Assembly: GCA_003222195.1 (NCBI GenBank)
Contig: QHVB01000035.1
Span: 19-64,018, forward strand
From: Gemmatimonadota bacterium
GTDB taxonomy: Bacteria; Gemmatimonadota; Gemmatimonadetes; Gemmatimonadales; GWC2-71-9
Reading direction: 5' to 3'
DNA length: 64,000 bases
Part shown: positions 1-8,768 of the stretch, one piece after another
Numbering within the stretch: position 1 is the stretch's first letter
How the letters are laid out: each line of letters begins with the position of its first letter
Translations under genes and position numbers: made by a program
Notes under the pieces: generated by a model
The model's input: the letters and a program-made list of their open reading frames with translations, nothing else
What the model was told of the DNA's origin: nothing
Databases searched by the model: none

Positions 1-1165
1 CTCCGATGGTAAACATGGAAACGAACCCAAGGGCATTGAGCATCGGCACGTGGAAGCGGATGTTGCCGCGCCAGATCGTGCCCAGCCAGTTGAACACCTT
101 GATCGCCGAGGGCACCGCGATGAGCAGAGTCGAGACCATGAACGTCGACCCGAGGGTCGGATTCATGCCGCTCATGAACATGTGGTGGCCCCACACGATC
201 CAGCCCAGGAATGCGATCCCGATGATGGCGAACACCATCGAGTGATAGCCGAAGATCGGCTTGCGGCTGCCGTTGGCGATGATGTCGGAGACCATACCCA
301 TCGCCGGCAGGATCAAGATGTAGACCTCGGGATGGCCGAAGAACCAGAACAGATGCTGCCACAGCAGCGCCTGGCCGCCCGCCACGGGGTCGAAGAAGTG
401 GGTGCCGAGGACGTTGTCGAACAGCAGCATGATCGCCGCGCCCTGGAGCACGGGCAGCGCGAGCACGCCGAGGATGGCGGTGATGAACAGCGCCCACACG
501 GAGAGCGGCATCCGGAACCACGTCATGCCCGGCGCGCGATGGTTGATCACGGTCGTGATGTAGTTCAGCGACCCCAACACAGACGAGAGCCCCAGCACCA
601 CGATCGAAATACACCACAGCATCTGGCCGACGGTCACGCCCGAGAGATCGGGCCGCGCCGCCAGCGGCGCGTAGTTCGTCCACCCGGACCGAATCGGCCC
701 GTTCGGCACGAAGAAGCTCGCCGTCATGATCAGGCCGGCGAGCAGCGCCAGCCAGAACGAGGCCATGTTGATGCGCGGGAACGCCATGTCGTGCGCGCCG
801 ATCTTCAGCGGAATGAGGAAATTGGCGTACACGCCGACCAGCAGCGGCATGATGGCGAAGAACACCATGAACGTGCCGTGCATCGAGACGAGCTGGACGT
901 AATACTCCGGGAGAATCACGCCGCCCGACACCATCGACTCGGGCAGGATCCCGCCGCCCGGCAGCGGCTTGCCGGGGAATCCCAGCTGCCAGCGGATCTG
1001 CATCGCCAGCAATCCGCCCACCAGCAGGAAGAACAGGCTGACGAACAGGAACTGGATGCCGATGATCTTGTGGTCGGTCGAGAAGATGTATTTGCGCCAG
1101 AAGCTCATCGGCGCGTGTGCGTCGTGAGCCCCTCCTTGCGGCTTGGCGTGCGCGACGCTCGTCAT
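1..1165 (-). CDS. ctaD: cytochrome c oxidase subunit I (A-type heme-copper oxidase), C-terminal part cut by the window edge
   Basis: Hand translation of the minus strand from ATG at 1163-1165 gives MTSVAHAKPQ..FSTDHKIIGIQFLF..LFWFFGHPEVYILILPAMG..WGHHMFMSGMNP. The frame stays open to position 1, so it is absent from the ORF track. It has an ATGA overlap with the coxII stop. The listed + ORF 50..1189 is its antisense shadow. Confidence 0.93.
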   Translation of the reverse strand, partial: MTSVAHAKPQGGAHDAHAPMSFWRKYIFSTDHKIIGIQFLFVSLFFLLVGGLLAMQIRWQLGFPGKPLPGGGILPESMVSGGVILPEYYVQLVSMHGTFMVFFAIMPLLVGVYANFLIPLKIGAHDMAFPRINMASFWLALLAGLIMTASFFVPNGPIRSGWTNYAPLAARPDLSGVTVGQMLWCISIVVLGLSSVLGSLNYITTVINHRAPGMTWFRMPLSVWALFITAILGVLALPVLQGAAIMLLFDNVLGTHFFDPVAGGQALLWQHLFWFFGHPEVYILILPAMGMVSDIIANGSRKPIFGYHSMVFAIIGIAFLGWIVWGHHMFMSGMNPTLGSTFMVSTLLIAVPSAIKVFNWLGTIWRGNIRFHVPMLNALGFVSMFTIG

Positions 1166-1833
1166 TCGGTTCCTCCGGCGGCTTGTTGAGCGACCCAGGC
1201 CTTATACTCGTCGGGCGTGTGGACGAACACGCGCGCCCGCATCTTGTAGTGCCCCATCCCGCACAGCTCCGCGCAGCCCAGCTCGAACTCGCCGGTCTTG
1301 GTCGCCTCGAACCAGGCGGTGATGTGCATTCCCGGCACGGCATCCTGTTTCAGACGCCACTCGGGGACGAAGAACGAATGGATCACGTCCTCGGAGGTGA
1401 GCTCGACGGCGAACGGCTGGTTGACGATGACGTGCAGCTGGTTGCGAACGGTGAAGTCGTCACTCGTGCCGAGCTTCTCGTCCGGCCCCGGATACGTCAC
1501 CTGCCACTCGAACTGTTTGGCATGGACGCCCAGGTGATAGGCGTTCGGGGGGACGCTCTTTTTGTCCTTGATGAGCACCCAGTAGTGATTGCTGATCAGG
1601 CCGAGCGCCACCATCGTCACGGCGGGGATTGCCGTCCAGATCACTTCCGCGCGCGTCGAGCCGTGCGTGTAGAACGCCTTCCGCCCGGGACGCGCGCGGT
1701 AGCGAATCACGAACGTCACCAGTCCGGCCTCGACGAGCACGAGCGCGATCCCCGTGATGATGAGAATCGCCAGAAACAGCGCGTCGATCGGACCGGCGAA
1801 CGTCGATCCTGCGTCGGGAAGCCACCAACGCAT
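1162..1833 (-). CDS. ctaC: cytochrome c oxidase subunit II (CuA)
   Basis: 223 aa with two N-terminal TM helices. CuA motif ..HSFFVPE..CAELCGMGHYKM (H..CxExCGxxHxxM). 4-nt overlap with subunit I. Confidence 0.93.
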   Translation of the reverse strand: MRWWLPDAGSTFAGPIDALFLAILIITGIALVLVEAGLVTFVIRYRARPGRKAFYTHGSTRAEVIWTAIPAVTMVALGLISNHYWVLIKDKKSVPPNAYHLGVHAKQFEWQVTYPGPDEKLGTSDDFTVRNQLHVIVNQPFAVELTSEDVIHSFFVPEWRLKQDAVPGMHITAWFEATKTGEFELGCAELCGMGHYKMRARVFVHTPDEYKAWVAQQAAGGTE

Positions 1834-1849
1834 CGAGCTCTCCTCGCGC

Positions 1850-2623
1850 CTAGTGCGCGGCGAAGGTGAAGTTGGCCGTCTTGCTCTCGGTTCCGGCGAT
1901 CGTCACCGTCGCGGTCTGGGTGCCGAACTTCTCGTGCCAGGCTTCGATCGTGTACGTGCCGGGCGGCAGGCCGCTGATCGTAAAACTGCCGTCCTGCTGC
2001 GAGACCGCGAAGAACGGATCGGAGCGCACGCCGGCATAGGCGTGCATCCAGCCGTGGACGTTGCACTCGAGGTTGACCATCACTTCGGGCTGCGAGAACG
2101 TCACCGTTTTCGTCATGCCGGCGTTCGGCTGGCTGACGTTGAACGGTCGATTTTTCTTCGCGATCGCCTTGATGTTGTGCAGCACCGGGTCGGAATTCTT
2201 GATCTCGAGATTCTGCCCCACCATGACCCCAAGGATGTGCGGGTGGTAGCGGCAGCCGTTTTGATCGAGCACGACAGGCGTCGCCGGGGCCGGGAACGTC
2301 TGACCCGCCGGCAGACCGGACTTCACGTACACGAACACGTTGGCGAGGGCGTTAGCCGGCCCCGCCACGACGTTCTCTTCCGTCGGCGTCGTCGTGTACT
2401 TTGCCTTGCACGCCGCCTCTTCGCTCATATCGATCGCGGGGTTGCGCGGCGCCGTGCCGGTGAACTTGATCTTGCCTGTGATCGTCCCGCCAGCCGCCGC
2501 AAGGTCCGAGGCTGCCGCAGGCGCCGGGGGCGGGGCTGCCGGAGCCGCGTTGCTCTGACTGCCCTTGCTGCACACGGTGAGCAGGAACATAGCGCCCACC
2601 ACGTTGAAGATTCGGCCTGTCAT
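1850..2623 (-). CDS. cupredoxin-like (type-1 copper) lipoprotein with C-terminal CarboxypepD_reg-like beta-sandwich
   Basis: Lipobox LLTVC. Candidate T1Cu ligands ..NSDPVLHN.. and ..ECNVHGWMH (C-x2-H-x2-M, amicyanin-like spacing). C-terminal DGSFTISGLPPGTYTIEAWHEKFG. Abuts the upstream stop with 0 nt gap. Confidence 0.7.
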   Translation of the reverse strand: MTGRIFNVVGAMFLLTVCSKGSQSNAAPAAPPPAPAAASDLAAAGGTITGKIKFTGTAPRNPAIDMSEEAACKAKYTTTPTEENVVAGPANALANVFVYVKSGLPAGQTFPAPATPVVLDQNGCRYHPHILGVMVGQNLEIKNSDPVLHNIKAIAKKNRPFNVSQPNAGMTKTVTFSQPEVMVNLECNVHGWMHAYAGVRSDPFFAVSQQDGSFTISGLPPGTYTIEAWHEKFGTQTATVTIAGTESKTANFTFAAH

Positions 2624-4204
2624 TTACTGCCTCCCCTTCCGGTATGAAGTCTTCTGCTGCGCGCGCCACACGACGAGCATGCCCAACCCCAGGGTCAGCA
2701 CCATGGCGAGGACCGGCGAGATGAATACCCGAGCCGGCACCGGTTCGTCGAGGGCGAGGAAGTACCACGTACTGATGGCCATACGCGTGCCGTGCTCTCC
2801 ATTGGACCCATCCCACGCAAAGAACGCCACGGGGATAGCACGACCGCTCCGGAACGGAAGCTGGCTGGCGGTATCCGCGGAAGCAAGTGCGCGGGTGAAG
2901 ACGACGCGCCACTGACCGTGGTCATAGACGGCCTGGGTGGGGATGCCCGCCGCCGCACCCAGCGGGTCGAAGCGGTCGATCCCGCGCGCGAGTCCGGCCA
3001 CGGCCGCTGTGCGCGAGCTGCTCGACCAACGCCACTGATAGACGGGCGCGCCGGCGCTGCCCATGAGGAAATACGGCCGTTCCATTCCCGAGGGAATTGT
3101 CACGGGGAACTGCACGGCCAGCTGATCCGGCCAAGGCGCCGGTTGCTCGCGCGTCGAGTCGTCGCTGTCGAGGGTGTTGAGCACGCGACCGATGAACGGC
3201 AGCCATGACGTATCGGGGCTCGCGGAGCGGTCATCCCAGGTGACGCGCAGCGCGATCGAGTCCGCAGTGTGCACGGCCTTGACCCACACGCCCGTCACGG
3301 CGGGCGCGAACCAGCGCTCCTTGTGGATGATCTGGCCCACGAGCGGGAACCAGTACACGTCGACCGCCGTCCAGGCGGAGTCATCCGGCGAATGGGGGAG
3401 TCGCTTCGCCAGGGGCACGTGGACGACGTCGCGGACGACGGGCGGCTCCTGGGGCGACAGGCTGCGCACGTACTGCGCGACGCGCCACAGCTGCTCGTCG
3501 GTCAGGAACTTCTGCTCCAGGAGATCGCTGAACGAGGGCATCGGTGTGCCGTCGAGGCCCGTGCGCAGACGGTGGTAGATGTCCTCCACGGTGCCGCCGC
3601 CGTTGAAGCGCCAGTTCTCGTGCAGATTCGCCGCGAAGATCGGATGGCCGGCATCGTCCTTCAACGTGGGCGCCGACGGCCCGTCGCCCCGGCCCTGATC
3701 CCCGTGGCACTTGCGACAGCCGATGGAGTCGTAGAACTGACGACCGACCTTCAACGCCTCCGCGCCGCCGCCGCCCCCAGGCGCGCTGCCGTACGCGATC
3801 GGCTGCGGCCGTTGCGTCGTATCGGCGAAGAAGCTCGAGAATGTCTTGATATACGCCAACACGTCGCGGCGTTGGCGGTCGGACAGCCGAGTTTTCCATC
3901 CCGGCATCGCGGTGCCAAACAGCCCTTCATCTATAGACCGCAGCAAATCGGCGTCGGTGGGCAGCTGGCCGCTGGGTGTCGAGCGGATCTGGTAGATGGC
4001 ACCGGTGAAGTCGCGCGGCGGCGGGATCATGTGCTTCGCACCCGGACCATCACCCGCGCCGTTGTCGCCATGGCAGCCGGCGCACCATTTCTGGTACACT
4101 GCTTTTCCCGCTGATGTGTCCTGGGGGAAGGGGGACGCGGGAAGGGGGACGGGTAAGGCAAACACGAATACGAAGAGCGCTGCGATCGCAACGCTGGCGC
4201 GCAT
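2624..4204 (-). CDS. membrane-anchored di-heme cytochrome c fused to an EB_dh/DOMON-like heme-binding domain
   Basis: The track ORF 2624..4531 is over-extended (Arg-rich N-terminus). The likely start is M110 (MRASVAIAALFVFVFALPVPLPA signal) preceded by GGAAGGG. Two CxxCH motifs (CAGCH, CRKCH). The C-terminal ~300 aa match the EB_dh pattern (..DQLAVQFP..YFLMG..YQWRW..GQWRVVFTRAL..AFFAWDGSNGEHG..). C-terminal TM helix. The start coordinate may be off by 1 nt. Confidence 0.8.
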   Translation of the reverse strand: MRASVAIAALFVFVFALPVPLPASPFPQDTSAGKAVYQKWCAGCHGDNGAGDGPGAKHMIPPPRDFTGAIYQIRSTPSGQLPTDADLLRSIDEGLFGTAMPGWKTRLSDRQRRDVLAYIKTFSSFFADTTQRPQPIAYGSAPGGGGGAEALKVGRQFYDSIGCRKCHGDQGRGDGPSAPTLKDDAGHPIFAANLHENWRFNGGGTVEDIYHRLRTGLDGTPMPSFSDLLEQKFLTDEQLWRVAQYVRSLSPQEPPVVRDVVHVPLAKRLPHSPDDSAWTAVDVYWFPLVGQIIHKERWFAPAVTGVWVKAVHTADSIALRVTWDDRSASPDTSWLPFIGRVLNTLDSDDSTREQPAPWPDQLAVQFPVTIPSGMERPYFLMGSAGAPVYQWRWSSSSRTAAVAGLARGIDRFDPLGAAAGIPTQAVYDHGQWRVVFTRALASADTASQLPFRSGRAIPVAFFAWDGSNGEHGTRMAISTWYFLALDEPVPARVFISPVLAMVLTLGLGMLVVWRAQQKTSYRKGRQ

Positions 4205-4240
4205 TACCCTTCCCCCTTCCCCCGTCCCCCGTCCCCTCAT
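4120..4240 (-). promoter_or_regulatory. long imperfect G/C-rich inverted repeat enclosing the RBS, start codon and signal-peptide codons of the di-heme cytochrome c/EB_dh gene
   Basis: mRNA sense: GGGGACGGGGGACGGGGGAAGGGGGAAGGGTAA-(ATG plus ~45 nt)-TTACCCGTCCCCCTTCCCGCGTCCCCCTTCCCCC. About 33-nt arms with about 3 mismatches. The 5' arm has five G-runs. Confidence 0.4.
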
Positions 4241-5007
4241 TTCGCGGTGACCTCCCACGTCCTCGGCTTCCATCCCGTCTGATCGTACAGAAAAAGGACG
4301 ACCGACCAGATCTCGTCCTCGGTCAGAAAGTCTTCCCACGCGGGCATCGCCGAATTCCACGGTGTTCCTTCGCGCGGCAGCCCGGGGCCGCCCTTGGCGA
4401 TGCGCCAGAAGACAAAGCTCTCGGTCAGCTGCGCGATCGTGCCGTTGTCCTGGAAATTTGCCGGGAGGGGATTGAACCCACTCGCGAAATGGCCCTGACC
4501 GTCGAGATGGTCGCCGTGACATGGGACGCAATTTTGATAATAGATTCGGCGACCTTCGGCGACATGCGGCGCCAGCTCTCCTTGTTTGCGTAACGGGTTC
4601 TCAAGGCCCACAAGGGTGATCGTCTTGCCGCGGAACGTGATCTGCGAGGGCGGCGCGGGGTGAATCGACCGGAGATTGGGCGGCGCCGCGACACTCGCCT
4701 TCACCTGGCTGTAGGTGAGACAGCCCACGACCAGTGTGACGGCTGCGAGCAGGCCGTTTCGGACCAGCTTGAGCCGCGGCTGGATGAGCACCTCGTGCAA
4801 CGGCTCCTTGAACGTGGTCCAGCGCGCCTCGTCATCGCTGACCCAGATCAGGATCCCGACCAGCACGGTCGCCATGTACTGCAACACGACACTACTTGGC
4901 ACCATGGCGCTGCCGGGTAGCATCGGGATGACGAATACGATCACGAGATACGCCAGCACGAACAGGCCCACGGCCTGCCAGAACGGGTGGCGTAGGTAGG
5001 CTCTCAT
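4237..5007 (-). CDS. membrane-anchored mono-heme cytochrome c
   Basis: 256 aa with N-terminal TM helices, one CVPCH heme motif and a distal ..NSAMPAW.. Met. ATGA overlap with the upstream gene. Confidence 0.8.
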   Translation of the reverse strand: MRAYLRHPFWQAVGLFVLAYLVIVFVIPMLPGSAMVPSSVVLQYMATVLVGILIWVSDDEARWTTFKEPLHEVLIQPRLKLVRNGLLAAVTLVVGCLTYSQVKASVAAPPNLRSIHPAPPSQITFRGKTITLVGLENPLRKQGELAPHVAEGRRIYYQNCVPCHGDHLDGQGHFASGFNPLPANFQDNGTIAQLTESFVFWRIAKGGPGLPREGTPWNSAMPAWEDFLTEDEIWSVVLFLYDQTGWKPRTWEVTAK

Positions 5008-5807
5008 TTCTGGCTCGACAGGAATTGCACCAGCGCTTCGAGCTGCGCGCCGGTCAGCTGATTGCCGAACATCTTCGGCATGACCCCGACGAACTTCTCG
5101 TAGCCTTTCGCGACCCGAGTATCAGGCTTGAGAATGCATTCGCGGATCAACGCCGCCGACAAGCGCGAACCGACGTGCGTCAGGTTTGGCCCAATGGCGC
5201 CGCCTTCGGTGCCGACCTTGTGACAGCCGGTGCAGCCCGCGCCGCGGATGATCGTCATCGGCTCGGTGGATCCGCCGGCGATCCCTGGCCCTCCGCCGCC
5301 ACTGGCGGCAGGGGCGGCAGAGGCGGCAGGGCCGGATGCTGCGGGGATGTCCGACGCGGTCACGTCGACCGTGCCGCTCTGCGATTCAAGGAAGGCAACC
5401 AGCGCCCAGATCTGTTGGGGCGAGAGAATGCGGCCCATCTCCGGCATGATCGGCTCATAGCCGGACACGACGTAGGCGCGAGGGCTCGTGAGCGACTCAT
5501 AGAGGTAGGCCTTGCAGTCTTTGCCGGCCTCGCGTTTGCCGCAGCGCGCGCCGATCGGGCCCAGTCCCTTTTCGTCGGTCAGGAGATTCGGGGCCCGCGT
5601 GCCCAGTCCGTGACAGGCAGTGCAACCGCCCGCGCCGTGGTACAGCTGGTCGCCGGCTGCTACCAGCTGCTCGGGCGTCACGTTCGCACCGAGGGTGAGC
5701 GCGTGCGGCACCTCCGACTGCACCTGCGGGATCTTGTTCGCGATCAGGGTATACAGCGCCAGGGTGCCGAGCACGATCCCGATGATGCGCAGGTTAGTGG
5801 CCCACAT
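5004..5807 (-). CDS. membrane-anchored di-heme cytochrome c
   Basis: 267 aa with an N-terminal TM anchor, CTACH and CTGCH motifs, each followed by an MP(E/K)M-type Met region, and an Ala/Gly/Ser linker between the two domains. Confidence 0.85.
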   Translation of the reverse strand: MWATNLRIIGIVLGTLALYTLIANKIPQVQSEVPHALTLGANVTPEQLVAAGDQLYHGAGGCTACHGLGTRAPNLLTDEKGLGPIGARCGKREAGKDCKAYLYESLTSPRAYVVSGYEPIMPEMGRILSPQQIWALVAFLESQSGTVDVTASDIPAASGPAASAAPAASGGGGPGIAGGSTEPMTIIRGAGCTGCHKVGTEGGAIGPNLTHVGSRLSAALIRECILKPDTRVAKGYEKFVGVMPKMFGNQLTGAQLEALVQFLSSQK

Positions 5808-7497
5808 GCGGCGCCTCCGTCGACGGAACGAACGTCGATTTTTCCGCGAGCCCGCCGAGCCAGAAAATGAAGCCGACGAGGGAGAGGAAGATCAGCACGC
5901 AGGTACTGATCATGATCGCGGCGTAGCCCAGCGCCGGCGTCGCGGCGTACGGCGTCGTATCCTGCATGACCTGCCAGACATGCCAGTGCTGGCGGATGCC
6001 GCTGCGCGCGAATCCCATCAGACCCATCAGCCACGTGAACGTGACCGCGAGAATGAATAGCGCGTACTGCGAGCGCGGCGGCATCTTGCCCCACTGAATG
6101 GCCCCGAGCGACTGCGCGCCGCGGGCCATGAGTACGTCGATCACGGTCACGAACACGATGCAGGCGAGCACCGCGCCGACCTGATACACCGAGTATCCGA
6201 TGCGCACGATCGCTTCGACGAAATAGCCGCGGATCCCGAAGAAGAGCACGACGCCCGCGGCGATGACGAACATTGCCGCCTGAATCCGGGTGCCCGTTTT
6301 GGCCCAGGGCACCACCTGGCGGATATTCGCGCGGCGATACAGGAGGAAGGAGAGGAACGTCGACAGAATCATCAGGTTCACGGCGGTGTTCTTGGCGCTC
6401 ATCACGCCGAGCGCGCCGAGCAGCGGGTGGTGCGAGCCACCCATGGCCGCGAGCTCACGCGAGTCCGCGATCATCGTATGCGGCGTCCCCCACACGAGCG
6501 CACCCAGCACCAGCACTACCAGGAGCCACTTCGTGTAGGGCCGGAACCGCTCCGCGCCGGGGATCCGACCCATCCCGACCCAGAGGTAGTAGTTGCCCGC
6601 CAGGAACAGCACCGCGATCAGGAACGCCTGGATCACCCACAGCCAGCTCATGAAACCACCCATCATCGTGATGCCCATCGACTGGTCGTACTGATAGATC
6701 TCGCGTCCCAGCCAGTAGCCCGCGAACGGCAGCACGATCAACGCCGAGATCGCGATGAAATTGCCGACGTACCCCATCCAGTCGTAGTGCGCCCGTTCCT
6801 CATCCGTCTTGGCCGCGAGGAAGCGGTAGCTCGCGTACGCACCCACGATCGCCCCACCGAACACGACGTTGCCGATCAGGCGGTGGATGTTGATCGGCAT
6901 CCAGGTGTGATTGAGGATGGCGTGCCAGAGCTTGATGCTGGCGGGCGAGGTTTCGGGCGTGATGTCGCGCGGCGGCGTCATCATGTAGGTGAGCCAGGAG
7001 TCGGCGATGAACATCACCGCGGTCCCCCAGATGTTCAGCAGAATGCCCAGGCACCAATGCACGATCTTCGCCCGCCCCTGTTTCCAGCGGTCCCAGCCGT
7101 AATAGTAGAGGTACAGGGTGAACGACTCGAAGAAGAAGATCGAGACGTACACCCACATCGACACGCCGAAGATCGCCGTCAGATACGCCCAGAACCGCGG
7201 ATACAGCGTCGACAGCAGGAACACGAAGACCGCGCCCCAGATCGCGGTCGCGCTATAGGCGATCAGCAGGAGCCGCGTGAACTCTTTCGCGAGCCGGTCG
7301 TAGCGCTGGTCCTTGCCGAAGATCCCGATCGCCTCGGCGACCACCGCGAAAATCGGCACCCCCAGCACGAACGCCGCGAACATCAGATGGATCTCGGCGG
7401 CGATCCAGATCGCCGCGCGGCTGCCGATGACCGGGAAGTCGCGGTAGGCGGCGGCGCTGTCGGCGGCGGCTTGGACGAGGGCGAAGACGTGCGCCAT
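5794..7497 (-). CDS. cytochrome bd-like oxidase subunit I homolog (CydA-only, no Q-loop, no adjacent cydB)
   Basis: CydA signatures: ..AAEIHLMFAAF (TM1 His), FFFESFTLYLYYYGWDRW, INIHRLIGN. About 14 predicted TM helices and no hydrophilic loop longer than ~30 aa. ATG at 7495-7497 overlaps the radical-SAM TGA by 1 nt (the track starts at a TTG one codon earlier). Confidence 0.85.
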   Translation of the reverse strand: MAHVFALVQAAADSAAAYRDFPVIGSRAAIWIAAEIHLMFAAFVLGVPIFAVVAEAIGIFGKDQRYDRLAKEFTRLLLIAYSATAIWGAVFVFLLSTLYPRFWAYLTAIFGVSMWVYVSIFFFESFTLYLYYYGWDRWKQGRAKIVHWCLGILLNIWGTAVMFIADSWLTYMMTPPRDITPETSPASIKLWHAILNHTWMPINIHRLIGNVVFGGAIVGAYASYRFLAAKTDEERAHYDWMGYVGNFIAISALIVLPFAGYWLGREIYQYDQSMGITMMGGFMSWLWVIQAFLIAVLFLAGNYYLWVGMGRIPGAERFRPYTKWLLVVLVLGALVWGTPHTMIADSRELAAMGGSHHPLLGALGVMSAKNTAVNLMILSTFLSFLLYRRANIRQVVPWAKTGTRIQAAMFVIAAGVVLFFGIRGYFVEAIVRIGYSVYQVGAVLACIVFVTVIDVLMARGAQSLGAIQWGKMPPRSQYALFILAVTFTWLMGLMGFARSGIRQHWHVWQVMQDTTPYAATPALGYAAIMISTCVLIFLSLVGFIFWLGGLAEKSTFVPSTEAPHVGH

Positions 7498-8768
7498 CAA
7501 CTATCGGCCACGAAGAAGGGACGTTGCTTGGAGAAGTCCACCGGCATCGCGCTGCGGATTTCCGTCAGCAGCTCGGGCGTGATCTCGTGCACGCCCCGCG
7601 CCAGCGCCCAGTCTTCAACTCGCTTGGCCACGACCCCGCGCACGAAGGACGGGATGCGATCGAGCCGCGCGCGCGCGGCAGCCGACCAGGCAAGCGCGGG
7701 GACAAAATCCTTCCCATACGTGATGTCGCGCTCCGGCTCAATCACGGCAGCACCCGACGGTTCATAGACGCACGATGGATCGGCCGCCATCACGTCGCCC
7801 TCGAGCGCGAACGCCCTCGCGCGGCAGCCGCCACACAGCCTTTGGTACTCGCAGCGGCCGCACTTGCCGCCCAACGTCCCTTCCCGCAGCTGCCGGAACA
7901 GCGGCGCGGAGCGCCAGATCTCGCCGAAGTTCTGCGCGCGCAGGTCGCCCGCGACCTCGGGGAGATAGGGGCAGGGCGTCAGCTTCCCGTCGGGCGTGAT
8001 GCGGCAGTATTGCGTCCCGCACGGACAGCGCGTCGCGTAGTTGAGAATCGGCGAGTCGGGATCGGCCGAATGCACATGCCGCATGAAGTGCGGCGCGCAC
8101 TTGGCGCGAATCATCATCTGGCCGCGGTACTGGCGCTGCCAGCGGGCGAGGTCGGCGAGGACCGCTTCGTATTCGGCGGGCGCCAGATCGGACAGCCCCG
8201 CACCGCGTCCCGTCGCCACGAGGAAATAGCAGTTGAACGCGACCGCGCCCTGCTCCGCCGACCACTGCGCCACCCGCTCGAGCTCGGCGCGATTGCCCTT
8301 GGTCGCCGTCGTCTGGATGATGAAATCGAGTCGCTGCGCGCGCAGGCGCCCCAGCGCCGCGATCGTGTCGTCGAGCGAGCCCTTGCCGTGCCGGAAGTTG
8401 TCGTGATAGGTCGGCCGCAGCGAGTCGATCGACACCGCGACACCGCGGACGCCCGCCCCCTTGAGCCCCGCGATGCGCTCATCGGTCAACAGCGTGCCGT
8501 TCGTGCCGACGACCACCGTCGCGCCTTGCCGCGACGCGTAACCCGCGATCTCGGTCAGATCGTGACGCAGCAGCGGCTCGCCGCCCGACAGAATGATCAT
8601 GGGCGCCGGGTTGACCGCGAGCAGCTCATCGACGATGCGCAAGCAGTCCGCGGTGCCCAGCTCCGAGGTGGCCGATTCGTGCGGGCCGGCGGCGATGTAA
8701 CAGTGGGCGCACTCCAGGTTACAGCGCCGCGTGAGATTCCAGGCGACGACGTGCGGAACGTAGCTCAC
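7497..8768 (-). CDS. radical SAM/SPASM enzyme with C-terminal PCP_red (ChlB/BchB C-terminal-like) domain
   Basis: CNLECAHC (CxxxCxxC) and a GGEPLL SAM motif. SPASM cysteines CPCGTQYC..CPYL..GKCGRCEYQRLCGGCRARAF. C-terminal WSAAARARLDRIPSFVRGVVAKRVEDWALARGVHEITPELL. The likely start is the GTG forming a GTGA overlap with the upstream stop (the track ORF extends to 8834). Confidence 0.85.
   Translation of the reverse strand: MSYVPHVVAWNLTRRCNLECAHCYIAAGPHESATSELGTADCLRIVDELLAVNPAPMIILSGGEPLLRHDLTEIAGYASRQGATVVVGTNGTLLTDERIAGLKGAGVRGVAVSIDSLRPTYHDNFRHGKGSLDDTIAALGRLRAQRLDFIIQTTATKGNRAELERVAQWSAEQGAVAFNCYFLVATGRGAGLSDLAPAEYEAVLADLARWQRQYRGQMMIRAKCAPHFMRHVHSADPDSPILNYATRCPCGTQYCRITPDGKLTPCPYLPEVAGDLRAQNFGEIWRSAPLFRQLREGTLGGKCGRCEYQRLCGGCRARAFALEGDVMAADPSCVYEPSGAAVIEPERDITYGKDFVPALAWSAAARARLDRIPSFVRGVVAKRVEDWALARGVHEITPELLTEIRSAMPVDFSKQRPFFVADS

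Noticed and set aside
50-1189. 379-aa + strand ORF rich in Arg/His/Asp/Glu
   Set aside because: It is the antisense shadow of ctaD. The minus strand encodes textbook oxidase subunit I motifs, and the + frame has no protein-like composition.
4205-4531. N-terminal 109-codon extension of the di-heme cytochrome c ORF (TTG start at 4531)
   Set aside because: The extension overlaps the 3' end of the upstream cytochrome gene in another frame and is Arg-rich. A signal peptide with an SD sequence begins at M110.
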